Part shown: in pieces, positions 37,357 to 47,184 of the stretch
Position numbering within the stretch: the stretch's first letter is position 1
How the letters are laid out: the number at the start of each line of letters is the position of its first letter
Assembly (NCBI GenBank): GCA_041649675.1
Contig: JBAZMQ010000001.1
Coordinates: forward strand, 253 to 64,252
Direction of reading: 5' to 3'
DNA length: 64,000 nt
DNA from: Patescibacteria group bacterium
GTDB lineage: Bacteria; Patescibacteriota; Patescibacteriia; Buchananbacterales; UBA6539
Notes under the pieces: model-generated
Database searches by the model: none
Told to the model about the DNA's origin: nothing
What the model saw: the letters and a program-made list of their open reading frames with translations, nothing else
Position numbers and translations under genes: made by a program

Positions 37357-38379
37357 TTGAAAATGATTAAAAAAGTAATTAAATTGATTCTATCGATTAT
37401 TATTATAACCGTCGTTGGTGGGGTGGCTTATTATTTTTATGATATTGGTGTGCCTAATTCTAAAGATAGTCAAACTAGAATTTTTATCGTGCCTCAGGGT
37501 TTAGGCAGTACCAAAATTAGCCAAGAGTTAAAAAAGAATGGCTTCATTAATAATGATATTATTTTTGAACTTTATGTTTGGATTAATGGTATTAGTAGTA
37601 AATTGCAGCCAGGAACTTATGATTTGGCCGGTAATTTAAACATTAAAGAAATTGCCAATATCTTAAGCCATGGTAAAGGTGTAACTCGGGAAATCAGTTT
37701 AACCTTTATTGAAGGTTGGAATAATAAAAAGGTGGCCGAAGAATTGGTTAAGGATAATATTACTACGGCTAAAGATTTTTTTGACGTTGTTCAGAAAAAA
37801 GCTGATTGGTGGGATAAGTATGATTTTTTGGATAGTAAACCAAGAAATTTAGATCTTGAGGGTTATCTTTTTCCGGACACCTATTCAATTTTTCGTGATG
37901 CGAAAGTCCAAGATATCGTCGAAAAAATGTTAGATAATTTTGGTAAAAAGTTGACACCTGAATTGAGACAAGAAATCGAAAAACAAGGCAAAACCGTTCA
38001 TCAGATTATAACCATGGCTTCGATTATCGAAAAAGAAGTCTCGGTAGATAGTGATCGTAAGATGGTAGCAGACATTTTTTATAAACGATTGGCAATTAAT
38101 ATGCCTTTACAGTCTGACGCGACGGTTAATTATATTACCGGTGGTTCTAGTGTTCGGCCAACTTACAGTGACATCAATATTGATAATCTTTACAATACTT
38201 ATAAATACAAAGGTTTGCCGCCTGGGCCGATTTGTAATCCCGGCTTGTCAGCAATTTTAGCCGCTATTTATCCAACGCCTAATCAATATTATTATTTTCT
38301 AACTACGCCTGACGGCCAGGTGATTTACAGTAAAACGAACGAAGAACATGCTAAGGCCAAAGCAAAATATTTAAAATAG
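37357..38379 (+). CDS. mltG: Endolytic transglycosylase MltG
   Basis: LEGYLFPDTY, ASIIEKE, LQSDATV.Y, YNTY...GLPPGPICNPG. Confidence 0.95.
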   Translation: MKMIKKVIKLILSIIIITVVGGVAYYFYDIGVPNSKDSQTRIFIVPQGLGSTKISQELKKNGFINNDIIFELYVWINGISSKLQPGTYDLAGNLNIKEIANILSHGKGVTREISLTFIEGWNNKKVAEELVKDNITTAKDFFDVVQKKADWWDKYDFLDSKPRNLDLEGYLFPDTYSIFRDAKVQDIVEKMLDNFGKKLTPELRQEIEKQGKTVHQIITMASIIEKEVSVDSDRKMVADIFYKRLAINMPLQSDATVNYITGGSSVRPTYSDINIDNLYNTYKYKGLPPGPICNPGLSAILAAIYPTPNQYYYFLTTPDGQVIYSKTNEEHAKAKAKYLK

Positions 38380-38382
38380 GGT

Positions 38383-39018
38383 ATGACAGTTTGGGACAAG
38401 ATTTACAGAGATTATCAAAAGAATGGCCAGGGTTGGGCAACATTGGGTAAGGATATCCACCCCTTTTTTAAAAAATTTTTCCGGCAATCAAAATTTAAAA
38501 ATAAAATGGTTTTGGACTTAGGCTGCGGCGAAGGTAAATATTTAAGATTACTTGATCAGTTTGGTTTTACTGTTTTAGGCATTGATTCCAGTAAAACAGC
38601 AGTTAAGATGGCTAACCAAGTTTTGGCTGGTAAGTCCAGGGCAAAATTATCTGATATTTACCGTTACCAAATCCCTAAAAATAAATTTGGTTTGGTTATA
38701 TCAATTCGGGCCTTGCATCATGCTGACAAGCAGAAAGTAAAAAAATTGATTGACAGTATTTATTTTTCATTAGTGCCTGGCGGAAAAATTTTTATTACTT
38801 TACCCGACATTTCCGGAGTAGATAAATGGCGGACATTTCAGAAGGGAAGAGTTAATGTGGCCAAAGGAGTTTTTATTCCCACAGTCGGGCCGGAGAAAGG
38901 ATTGGTGCACAGTTTTTATTCTCAGGCAGAAATTTTAAAATTATTTTCTAAATTTAAAAAACTCAAATTGGTTATTAAGGACAAAACCGCGCAATGGTTT
39001 ATTACGGCCGTTAAATAG
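38383..39018 (+). CDS. Class I SAM-dependent methyltransferase
   Basis: VLDLGCGEG, GID.S, L.PGG. Confidence 0.88.
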   Translation: MTVWDKIYRDYQKNGQGWATLGKDIHPFFKKFFRQSKFKNKMVLDLGCGEGKYLRLLDQFGFTVLGIDSSKTAVKMANQVLAGKSRAKLSDIYRYQIPKNKFGLVISIRALHHADKQKVKKLIDSIYFSLVPGGKIFITLPDISGVDKWRTFQKGRVNVAKGVFIPTVGPEKGLVHSFYSQAEILKLFSKFKKLKLVIKDKTAQWFITAVK

Positions 39019-39033
39019 CTAACTATAAAATTT

Positions 39034-39717
39034 ATGGCAAAAACTTTAGTTATGTCGCTGGGTGGTTCGTTAATTGCGCCCGACGGAGTGGATGTTAATT
39101 TTTTAAAAAAATTTCGTTTATTGATTTTAAATTACATTAAAAAAGGTAACCGGGTGATTTTAATTTGTGGCGGCGGTAATACCTGCCGTAATTACAATAA
39201 AGCCGCTAAAGCAGTTAATCCAAAAGTGAGCAACCGGGATTTGGATTGGATTGGCATTGCCTCAACCAAGCTTAACGCCGAATTAGTCAGTGCCATTTTT
39301 GGTGATGCGGCTGATGAGAGTATCTTAGTTGTACCAAATAAAAAAGTCAGGACAAATAGACGAATTACAGTTGGCGCTGGTTATAAGCCTGGATCTTCCT
39401 CGGACAAAGATGCAGTTTTAGCGGCCAAGGCTTTTGGCGCAAAAACCGTAATTAACCTTTCAAATATTACTTATGTTTACGATAAAGATCCAAAAAAGTT
39501 TGCCAATGCTAAGCCGCAAAAGCAGATGAGCTGGAAGGAATTTTTAGTTATTGTTGGTAATAAACACATTCCGGGAATGCATGTACCGTTTGATCCGGTG
39601 GCCAGTCGTTTGGCGGCAAAATGGGGTATGAAGCTGGTGGTGATGAAAGGCAGCGATTTAAATAATCTGAATAATTTTTTGTTAAACAAAAGCTACCGAG
39701 GAACAACCGTTAGTTAG
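39034..39717 (+). CDS. pyrH: Uridylate kinase (archaeal-type)
   Basis: SLGGSLI, CGGG...R.Y, D.IGI..T.LNA, PGSSSD.DA, VYDKDP, PFDP.A. Confidence 0.9.
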   Translation: MAKTLVMSLGGSLIAPDGVDVNFLKKFRLLILNYIKKGNRVILICGGGNTCRNYNKAAKAVNPKVSNRDLDWIGIASTKLNAELVSAIFGDAADESILVVPNKKVRTNRRITVGAGYKPGSSSDKDAVLAAKAFGAKTVINLSNITYVYDKDPKKFANAKPQKQMSWKEFLVIVGNKHIPGMHVPFDPVASRLAAKWGMKLVVMKGSDLNNLNNFLLNKSYRGTTVS

Positions 39718-39729
39718 CCGTTGTGTTTA

Positions 39730-39757
39730 TTGACATTTTTTGATTATTTGTTATACT
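39730..39757 (+). promoter_or_regulatory. sigma70 promoter of rplJ-rplL
   Basis: TTGACA-16-TATACT with extended TG. Confidence 0.75.
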
Positions 39758-39774
39758 AACTAAGTACAATTTAG

Positions 39775-39895
39775 AGAGACCACAGACCGTAGGGGCAAAA
39801 TTGCTCAAATTAGACAAATTCTAGCCCTGCGCAGGCCAAATAGCTAAATCTTTTAGCTTTTTATTGCAAGTCTGTGGCCAAACCACAGCTTTTTG
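39775..39895 (+). ncRNA. Ribosomal protein L10 leader
   Basis: AGACCGTAGG...CCTGCGCAGG motif, CCACAGAC/GTCTGTGG pairing and alternative CTGTGG/CCACAG hairpin plus T-run upstream of rplJ. Confidence 0.8.
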
Positions 39896-39896
39896 T

Positions 39897-39960
39897 TTAG
39901 CTGGTAACTTATAGCTTGTAGTCCATTGCTAAAAGCTAAAAGCTAAAAGCTAATTACTAA
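39897..39960. repeat. Inverted heptamer array (TAGCT.. / CTAAAAG)
   Basis: Same unit family as 3013-3076 and 22310-22345. Confidence 0.75.
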
Positions 39961-39965
39961 ATATT

Positions 39966-40490
39966 ATGGCTAAAACAAGACAGCAAAAAGAAACAACCGT
40001 AAAAGATTTAGTCTCTCGGCTAAAAAGCAGCAAATCAATTGTATTTGCCAACTTTGATAAACTCAAAGTTAAAGAGATAGAAAAATTAAGAAAGAATTGC
40101 CATCGGGAAAATGTTGATTACGTGGTGGCCAAAAAGACTTTAATGAAAGTTGCTTTTAAGGAAGCGGGGATTACTGACGTTGACCCAAAGACCCTAGATC
40201 AGGGTATAGCTTTGGTTTTGGGTATTAATGATGAAGTAGCGCCAGCTAGAATTATTCAAGACTTTGCTAAAGACCATGAGGCTTTAAAAGCCATTGGCGG
40301 CGTTTTGGAAGGCAAATTCATTCCTCGGGAAAAAATTATTGAACTGGCTAAGTTACCAAGCAGAGAAGTTTTATTGGCCAAAGTTCTTGGCTCAATCAAG
40401 GCTCCAGTCTCTGGGTTTGTTAATGTTTTAGCCGGAAATTTGCGGAATTTTGTTTACGTTTTAAATGCGATTAAAGAAACTAAAAATTAA
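39966..40490 (+). CDS. rplJ: 50S ribosomal protein L10
   Basis: LRK......[21 protein letters not shown]. Confidence 0.97.
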   Translation: MAKTRQQKETTVKDLVSRLKSSKSIVFANFDKLKVKEIEKLRKNCHRENVDYVVAKKTLMKVAFKEAGITDVDPKTLDQGIALVLGINDEVAPARIIQDFAKDHEALKAIGGVLEGKFIPREKIIELAKLPSREVLLAKVLGSIKAPVSGFVNVLAGNLRNFVYVLNAIKETKN

Positions 40491-40525
40491 TAATTAAGAT
40501 AATAAATTTTAAGGAGAATAAAATT

Positions 40526-40939
40526 ATGTCAGAAGAAAAAAAAGTATCCGCCTCTGGCGGAGAAGTACCAGCTAAATTCAAATCATTGGTTGAAGAAATT
40601 GAAAAAATGTCAGTCATTGATTTGGCCGATTTAGTCAAAGTGTTAGAAGAAAAATTTGGTGTCTCGGCGGCCGCGCCAGTTGCTGCCGTAGCTGTTGCCG
40701 GTGCTGGTGCCGCCGCAGCTGAAGAAAAAACGGAATTTACCGTTGAATTAACTTCAGCTGGTGACAATAAAATTAATGTCATTAAGGCAGTTAGAACCGT
40801 TACCGAGCTAGGCTTAAAAGAAGCCAAAGATTTAGTTGACGGTGCGCCAAAGGTTGTCAAAGAAGGTGTCAAGAAAGAAGAAGCTGACAAAATCAAAAAG
40901 ACCTTGGAAGAAGCCGGTGCCAAAGTTACTTTGAAATAA
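40526..40939 (+). CDS. rplL: 50S ribosomal protein L7/L12
   Basis: [39 protein letters not shown]. Confidence 0.99.
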   Translation: MSEEKKVSASGGEVPAKFKSLVEEIEKMSVIDLADLVKVLEEKFGVSAAAPVAAVAVAGAGAAAAEEKTEFTVELTSAGDNKINVIKAVRTVTELGLKEAKDLVDGAPKVVKEGVKKEEADKIKKTLEEAGAKVTLK

Positions 40940-41076
40940 TTTATTTCAAAATAGGTAGAAAGAATTCCCCAATTTTATGTTGGGGTTTTCTTTTTGTAAA
41001 AAAAATAAGAGGCTTCGCAAATTTTTGCGTTGCCTCGGTGTTATTCCTCCATTTTTTTGGCGTCTGCATCTTGAGT

Positions 41077-41952
41077 TTAGCCCCACAACGTTTTGATGCA
41101 GCTAATACTGGTGCGCGCTGTTTCTTCGGGGTCAAGCTCGTTGAAATTAAAGCCTTCAACTGAGAGCCAGTGCGGATAGCCGGATTCCTTAAGGGCAGCG
41201 GCAACGGGTTGGAAGTCATACTCGCCGCAGCCAGGCCCGCTTAAGTTGCCGGGGTCGTTGAGATGACAGTGCCTGGCTATCGGGGTATACTTTTTAATCA
41301 ACGAAACCACGGTTTCGGGGCTGGAGCCATAACCCCGGGCCATAGCCTTAATATCCAGGTGTCCTTGGAATTGGTGATGGTCAACTACTTGCACCATATG
41401 AGCAAGGTCTGCCATGGTGTTGCAAAAGTTAGTTTCCTCCCAAGCCAGTTGTTCAAAGCAAGCGATGACATCATTGTCTGGCTGGAGTTGGTCAAATACC
41501 CGAAGGTAAACTTCGGTGGCGGCAAGTAAGGCTTCGTGTTGGCTGACTTCTGGCAGCAAAGTGCGCTGTTTAGGCGAGCCGTGGACGACTACTTCGCAGT
41601 CAAGATCATAAGCCAAATCCATTAGCTCGGCAATTACTTTGGCGGTTTTTACCTTGACCCCTGGATCAAGGCTGGTTAAATGAACGCCTTGTTGCCCGGC
41701 TAATAACCAATGGATGGCATAAATTTGCAGCTTGACTGCCTCGGCGGCTTGGCGATAGGCATCGCGCTTGGCCAAAGACATGCTAAGCGGGTTTGGGTTC
41801 AGTGTTGGCGCTACAATCTCAACACCGTCATAGCCCAGACTGGCTATAATTTCAAGCACGCGCTTGAAGGTATCCAGGTCTGGTGTACCTTTGGCGTTGG
41901 GATTAAACAACGTGTAAAATCCTTCAACGCAAAATGCTACCTTGTTAATCAT
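41077..41952 (-). CDS. Sugar phosphate isomerase/epimerase, ketose 3-epimerase-like TIM barrel (solo unit)
   Basis: GYDGVEI, VHGSP.QR, FEQL...ETNF.NT, LDIKAM, HCHLND, SVE.F. AAAGGA SD. TTGACA(42035)-17-TAATAT promoter. Confidence 0.88.
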   Translation of the reverse strand: MINKVAFCVEGFYTLFNPNAKGTPDLDTFKRVLEIIASLGYDGVEIVAPTLNPNPLSMSLAKRDAYRQAAEAVKLQIYAIHWLLAGQQGVHLTSLDPGVKVKTAKVIAELMDLAYDLDCEVVVHGSPKQRTLLPEVSQHEALLAATEVYLRVFDQLQPDNDVIACFEQLAWEETNFCNTMADLAHMVQVVDHHQFQGHLDIKAMARGYGSSPETVVSLIKKYTPIARHCHLNDPGNLSGPGCGEYDFQPVAAALKESGYPHWLSVEGFNFNELDPEETARTSISCIKTLWG

Positions 41953-42093
41953 ACTGTGTTCCTTTCTTCCGATGCTTTACATTACTGAAATTAAGGTGTT
42001 ATAGGAATATTAGTAACATTATTTAACTTTGTCAATAAAAAAATCTCCAGTGTTTAAGCGGGGATTTTTTTAAGTTGGCCAAGCTGCCTTTAT

Positions 42094-44400
42094 TTATTTT
42101 AGGTGTTGAGCTGGTACGCCAAGGATTGAAGTGCCATTTAATAAATACATTTTCTTTTCCCTTTCAACCACGATAAAGTCTTTAAGGTCAGTAAAAGCCT
42201 CAGAATGGTATTGGTTGATTAAATTGCCATTTTTATCAAAAACTATCAGGCGCTTGGTTGGGGGATCAAGCACATAAAGATATTTTGAAAATTCATCAGT
42301 TTTGATTTTGGTTGGATTTTGAATTTTTGGATCAACCACATTGGTTTTAAAATCAACTGGCTTGCCATTTTGCAGCTTAATAATTGAACCGTCAGTTTTA
42401 ACAATGTAAATTGAACCATCAACCGTAAAGGCTTTGGCGTCATTCAAAACGATATTATCTTTTAACCAGCCGTTAACTTTGCTGTAATCATTATTAACTT
42501 TTGAATAGCGATAGATTTGGCTATTTTTGCTGTCTAGAGTGTAGAGCTGACCCTTGAAGGAAGTAAAATCAGCAATGTTGATATTTTTATTAAAATTTAT
42601 ATTCAATTTTGGAAAAGAATCAGTGCCGGGTGTGAGCAAGAATGGAGTGTTTGAAGCGTTTAAAAAAATCAACTCTTTATCACTTACAGCTGTGCCAAAA
42701 ATTAAGCTTGCAGTGTTTGAATCCGGCGATAGAGCTGCTGTCAATACTCTTGTATCTAAATTTGCTTTATAAATTGATTGATTATTTTGATTTTGAGTGT
42801 AAACATTTCTACCAGAAAGCAGAATAACATTGGCAATTTTGGCCTGAGAATCAAGATTGCCAAAATTAACAATTTGAATTGGCTCGGTAATTTCAATTAA
42901 ATGGCGGAGTTTTTGTAGTTGCTCCTCAATACCTTGTTGGAGCAAAATAATTTGTTGTTTTTGAAATTTTGTAATCGGTTTTAGGTTGGCAATCATGTTT
43001 TTTGAATCAACCAAAAATTGCCTGGCCTGATTTTCATCGCGGTAAATTAAACTGGCTTCCGCCTCATTTTTTTTATTTTCCGCTTGGGCAAATACCAAGT
43101 TAAAAGCATCTTTTTTCTGATCTTGCCAATTTTTTATTCCTAGCCAAAATAAGCTAAGGGAGAATAACACGGCTAAAATGATTGTTGTTATTAATAAAAC
43201 TTGGCTTGATTTTGGCAACTGTTTATACTTACCAATCGGATTAGCCAAAGCCTTATTAATCAAAGTAACTGCTTTGGCCCAAAACGGCTGGTTGGTAATC
43301 TTGGAACCAATGGTTTTGCTAACAGTTAAAATTGGTTGGGTTATTTTTTTAGTATCAAAGTGAAGATTAGCCAGGGGATTAGTTATTTTTATTTTTGGAG
43401 TTATTTTATTTAGATTGAATCTTGGTTGGAAATTAAATTTTGGGATGATTGTTTTCTTTTGTTTTTCATAAAGACGGTTGGTTTTCTTTTTAGCTTGGCC
43501 AAGATAGTTTTGCAATTGATTCTTCAAGGCAATAGTATATTTTTTAACTTCCGGCATAATTGACGGGGTTAAAAATTTTTCGGTTTCTCTTTCAGTATTA
43601 ATCAACTCTTTGATTGAATCTTGCGAGGCGGCTTGACGGTAATCAAACTCTTGCGGACTGACTGGTTTTTTTTCTAAAGCGGTTATCTTTTCTAATTCAG
43701 CAGTCATTATGCCAAAGTTTTCCTTACTGCCGGTAGTGGCTAATAATTTTTTTAATTCCAATAGTCCTTCAGACGGTAAATTGGTAGCAATTATATTTTT
43801 TATTCTTTCTAAAGAGAAATAGTCAAGAATATTGGCCGTGCTGACAAATAAAATATCCCTTGATTTAATTTTTCCGCTGATGATTTGGGAAAATAATCGG
43901 AAAGGGTCGGGCAGGCTTAATGGGGCCTGGGTTGATTCCAGGATATTGATTATTCGGTAGGAGCTAAGGTTGGTATTATAAAAAAGAATTGCTCCAATGT
44001 TGCCAATAACAGCAAAATGCAAATCTTGGTTACAAATAACAGCAACCATAATGTTTATTTTTTCTAGATTCAGAGATATTTGTTCACTTTCTAGGAAAGA
44101 AGCAATTGATAGATTAGTTTTTTTTAAAGCCGCTTCAAACTTTTCGGACAGCAGCAACGGCTTTTCTTCTAGTGTTGATTTTTTTTGGTAGTAATAGTTA
44201 TTTTTAATTTCATCAACAATTAGGTCAATTAAATCAGAATTTTTTTCATCATCAGCTTGGATTTCAATTAAGCCAAATACTTTTCCAAGCTTACCAGCCA
44301 AGTCCTTGGTTGGCTTGGTGGCAAATGTTCTTACATAGGTTTTTGGCTGACCAGGTCGCTGGACAACTAGCTGATTAATTTTTGTTTCTAAATAATCCAT
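42094..44400 (-). CDS. Membrane-anchored hypothetical protein: PP2C-like N-domain, TM, C-terminal beta-propeller
   Basis: PP2C-like beta/alpha pattern without clear catalytic Asp motifs, one TM, propeller-like repeats (LYTLD, IYIV, LYVLD). Confidence 0.6.
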   Translation of the reverse strand: MDYLETKINQLVVQRPGQPKTYVRTFATKPTKDLAGKLGKVFGLIEIQADDEKNSDLIDLIVDEIKNNYYYQKKSTLEEKPLLLSEKFEAALKKTNLSIASFLESEQISLNLEKINIMVAVICNQDLHFAVIGNIGAILFYNTNLSSYRIINILESTQAPLSLPDPFRLFSQIISGKIKSRDILFVSTANILDYFSLERIKNIIATNLPSEGLLELKKLLATTGSKENFGIMTAELEKITALEKKPVSPQEFDYRQAASQDSIKELINTERETEKFLTPSIMPEVKKYTIALKNQLQNYLGQAKKKTNRLYEKQKKTIIPKFNFQPRFNLNKITPKIKITNPLANLHFDTKKITQPILTVSKTIGSKITNQPFWAKAVTLINKALANPIGKYKQLPKSSQVLLITTIILAVLFSLSLFWLGIKNWQDQKKDAFNLVFAQAENKKNEAEASLIYRDENQARQFLVDSKNMIANLKPITKFQKQQIILLQQGIEEQLQKLRHLIEITEPIQIVNFGNLDSQAKIANVILLSGRNVYTQNQNNQSIYKANLDTRVLTAALSPDSNTASLIFGTAVSDKELIFLNASNTPFLLTPGTDSFPKLNINFNKNINIADFTSFKGQLYTLDSKNSQIYRYSKVNNDYSKVNGWLKDNIVLNDAKAFTVDGSIYIVKTDGSIIKLQNGKPVDFKTNVVDPKIQNPTKIKTDEFSKYLYVLDPPTKRLIVFDKNGNLINQYHSEAFTDLKDFIVVEREKKMYLLNGTSILGVPAQHLK

Positions 44401-44474
44401 TTAATCCGGTTTATTTGTCAGTATTTAGTATTTATATTATACTATAAATAGTCATCGGTGACCAGTCTTTTAAA

Positions 44475-44606
44475 AAATCCCAAGCTCCAATTTCCAAATC
44501 CTAAATAAATACCAAATTTCAAATTACAAATTCAAGATTCGTTTGAAAAATTGTAATTGATGATTTGAAATTTGTTTGGAATTGGTGATTTTGGATTTTG
44601 AATTTT
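44475..44606. repeat. Large inverted heptamer array (CAAATTC-like / GAATTTG-like)
   Basis: Runs of caaatcc/caaattt/caaatta units followed by complementary ttggaat/ttggatt/ttgaatt units. Confidence 0.8.
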
Positions 44607-44613
44607 ACTAATT

Positions 44614-45219
44614 ATGCTTGAACAATTATTTAGTTCAAAGACCAGAGTGAAGCTTTTGCGGTTATTTTTGAATAATCCGTCTCAACCTTATTATCTCCGT
44701 GAATTGGCCAGAAAATTAGGTACTCAGCTAAATTCAATCCGACGGGAGATTGAAAATTTGGAAAAGATCGGCATTATTAAATCGGTTCATCTAGAAGAGT
44801 CGGTTGGTAAAAATCAAGCGGCTGATGAAAAACCGGGGGCGAAAAAATATTTTTTGGCCGATACCGAGTTTATTTTATATCCAGAGCTAAAGGCTTTGCT
44901 TTTGAAGGCACAGTTACTTTTGGAGCGTAATTTTGTCAGTAAGATTGAAAAATTGGCCCAGATCAAACTTTTTATTCTAACCGGAATTTTTGTCGGTGTT
45001 GATAACTATCCAACGGATTTGTTATTAATCGGCACTGTTAACCGTAAAGCCTTGGCCAAGATTGTCCATGATTTTGAAAGGGAATTGGGCCGAGTGGTCA
45101 ATTATACGGTAATGAGTTTTGCCGAATACAAATATCGCCAAGACATTACCGATAAGTTTTTGTATGATATTTTGGAGGGCAGAAAAATAGTGGTAATTGA
45201 TAAAATTCATAAACTCTAA
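44614..45219 (+). CDS. Winged-helix transcriptional regulator with nucleotidyltransferase-like C-domain
   Basis: LFSSKTRVKLL.LF, Y.RELAR, NSIRRE..NL, DLLLIG, VNYTVM. Confidence 0.8.
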   Translation: MLEQLFSSKTRVKLLRLFLNNPSQPYYLRELARKLGTQLNSIRREIENLEKIGIIKSVHLEESVGKNQAADEKPGAKKYFLADTEFILYPELKALLLKAQLLLERNFVSKIEKLAQIKLFILTGIFVGVDNYPTDLLLIGTVNRKALAKIVHDFERELGRVVNYTVMSFAEYKYRQDITDKFLYDILEGRKIVVIDKIHKL

Positions 45220-46010
45220 TGAGAAAAAATATTAGTTTTAAAAATCGTCAGGGCCAAAAGATTGTTGGCGTTTTTAATATCCCTAAAACCAAGCCGCCAT
45301 ATCCGGCAGTAATTATTTGTCATGGCTTTAAAGGGTATAAGGAGCAGGCTCATTTGAAAAGTTTAGCGGCTAAATTGGCGGCTAGTGGCATTTTGGTTTT
45401 CCGGTTTGACTTTGGTAATGGCGTTGGCCAAAGCTATGGCCAGCTTGAAGATATTACCTTTAGTCAATATTTGTTTGATTTGAAAACAGCCATTGATTAT
45501 ATTTATAAAAATAAACTCGTTGATAAAAACCGGATTGGTTTGGCCGGCCATAGTTTTGGCGGTCAAATAATTTTACATTATGCGTCTAGTGATAAGAGAA
45601 TAAAAGTTATAGCTGATTTGGCCGGTGTGGTTTTTCGAGGTGGCGGTCAAACTAATCTTGAAAGGCATATCATTTTACAGTTAACTGAAGCCAAAAAAAC
45701 CGGTTACTTTGTGGTAACCAGCAAAAGCACCGGGAAAAAATATAAAATAAAAATTGGCTATTATTTTGATATTTTAAAACATGATACACCGGCTCAAGTT
45801 AAAAAGATTAAAATTCCAACTTTGATCGTCCATGGTTCTAAAGACGAGAGTGTCCCTATCAAGCATGCCAGATTGGCTTATAAATTGGTAAAAGGGCAAA
45901 AGAAATTAGTGATTATGCCTGGCGTGCCACACACTTGGCGGCAGCCAAAATATTATAAGAAAATTAATCCAATTATAGTTGGATGGTTTAAAAAATATTT
46001 ATCCCGTTAG
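45219..46010 (+). CDS. Alpha/beta hydrolase
   Basis: CHGF, RFDF, GHSFGG nucleophile, HGSKD, H. Confidence 0.9.
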   Translation: MRKNISFKNRQGQKIVGVFNIPKTKPPYPAVIICHGFKGYKEQAHLKSLAAKLAASGILVFRFDFGNGVGQSYGQLEDITFSQYLFDLKTAIDYIYKNKLVDKNRIGLAGHSFGGQIILHYASSDKRIKVIADLAGVVFRGGGQTNLERHIILQLTEAKKTGYFVVTSKSTGKKYKIKIGYYFDILKHDTPAQVKKIKIPTLIVHGSKDESVPIKHARLAYKLVKGQKKLVIMPGVPHTWRQPKYYKKINPIIVGWFKKYLSR

Positions 46011-46034
46011 AAATTTTTGTTTTTGTTAACCAAT

Positions 46035-47180
46035 ATGATTTTATTAATTAATACATCAGATGCTAGCGAAGTGATAATTGGTTTAACTAAGGCCGGCAAG
46101 ATGGTGGCCAAAAAGCAATTTAAAGCGCCTTACCGTCAGGCCGAAATTTTATTAGCAAAAATTGATGATTTGTTAGTGTTGGCTAAATGCGAGCTTAGAC
46201 AATTAAAGGGAATTGCCGTTGTCAGTGGTCCCGGACCATTTACCGCTTTAAGGATAGGAATTGCGACGGCCAATACCTTGGCTTGGGCTTTGAAAATCCC
46301 AATTGTTGGGATAAAGCTTAAGGAATTTAAAGACTTGAACGAGCTGGTAGAGGTTATTACTAAAAAAATGAAAAAGGCTAAGCTTGATAGTATTGTGCCG
46401 CCTTTTTATGGCAAAGAACCTAATATTACGATGAAAAAAATTGCCATGCTCGTTGGAATTTTCATTTTATTTTTGCCTGCCTTGGCTTTTGCCGCTGATA
46501 ATGCCAATATTGATTCTGACTCTGACGGTTTAACTGACTTTAAAGAAATAAATATTTATCATACTGACCCTAATAATGCCGATACTGATGGTGATGGGTT
46601 TGCCGATAATCAGGAATTAATCAATGGTTATTCACCGCTTTACAAAGACAAAAGATTGGTTGACACTGATTCTGACGGTGATGGTTTGAATGACGGCTAT
46701 GAATTAGCTTTGCATACTGATTTAAAAAATTCTGACAGTAATAGTAATAGTGTTTCTGACGGTGAAGAATTCAAACAAGGTTTAGACCCAAGCAAACCAG
46801 ATAAAGTGAAATTAGAAAAATGGCTTGATGTTAATTTAACTGCCCAGCGCCTAAATTATTATTTAGGCCCAGTTAGACTTAATGTATTTACCGTTTCAAC
46901 TGGCAAGGCTTTAACTCCAACTCCGGTTGGCACTTTCAAAATAACTGCTAAGCGGCCAAAAGCTTGGTCAAGGCTGGCTGGCCTTTGGATGCCTTACTGG
47001 ATGCAGTTTGACGGGGCTAATGCTCTTCATGAATTGCCCGAATGGCCAAATGGTACCAAAGAAGGAACAAACCATTTAGGTACCCCAGTTTCTCATGGCT
47101 GTATTCGGTTAGGTATTGGGCCAGCAAAATTCATTTACGATTGGGCACCAGTTGGAACTAAATTGGTAATTCATAAATAG
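46035..47180 (+). CDS. TsaB-like domain in frame with a secreted L,D-transpeptidase (YkuD) carrying DxDxDG repeats
   Basis: ILLINTS, GPG.FT.LRIG...AN.LA (TsaB), then MKKIAML...AFA signal peptide at 46431, DSDGDG repeats, VSTG...TP.G.F, H...SHGCIRL. Confidence 0.85.
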   Translation: MILLINTSDASEVIIGLTKAGKMVAKKQFKAPYRQAEILLAKIDDLLVLAKCELRQLKGIAVVSGPGPFTALRIGIATANTLAWALKIPIVGIKLKEFKDLNELVEVITKKMKKAKLDSIVPPFYGKEPNITMKKIAMLVGIFILFLPALAFAADNANIDSDSDGLTDFKEINIYHTDPNNADTDGDGFADNQELINGYSPLYKDKRLVDTDSDGDGLNDGYELALHTDLKNSDSNSNSVSDGEEFKQGLDPSKPDKVKLEKWLDVNLTAQRLNYYLGPVRLNVFTVSTGKALTPTPVGTFKITAKRPKAWSRLAGLWMPYWMQFDGANALHELPEWPNGTKEGTNHLGTPVSHGCIRLGIGPAKFIYDWAPVGTKLVIHK

Positions 47181-47184
47181 TAGC

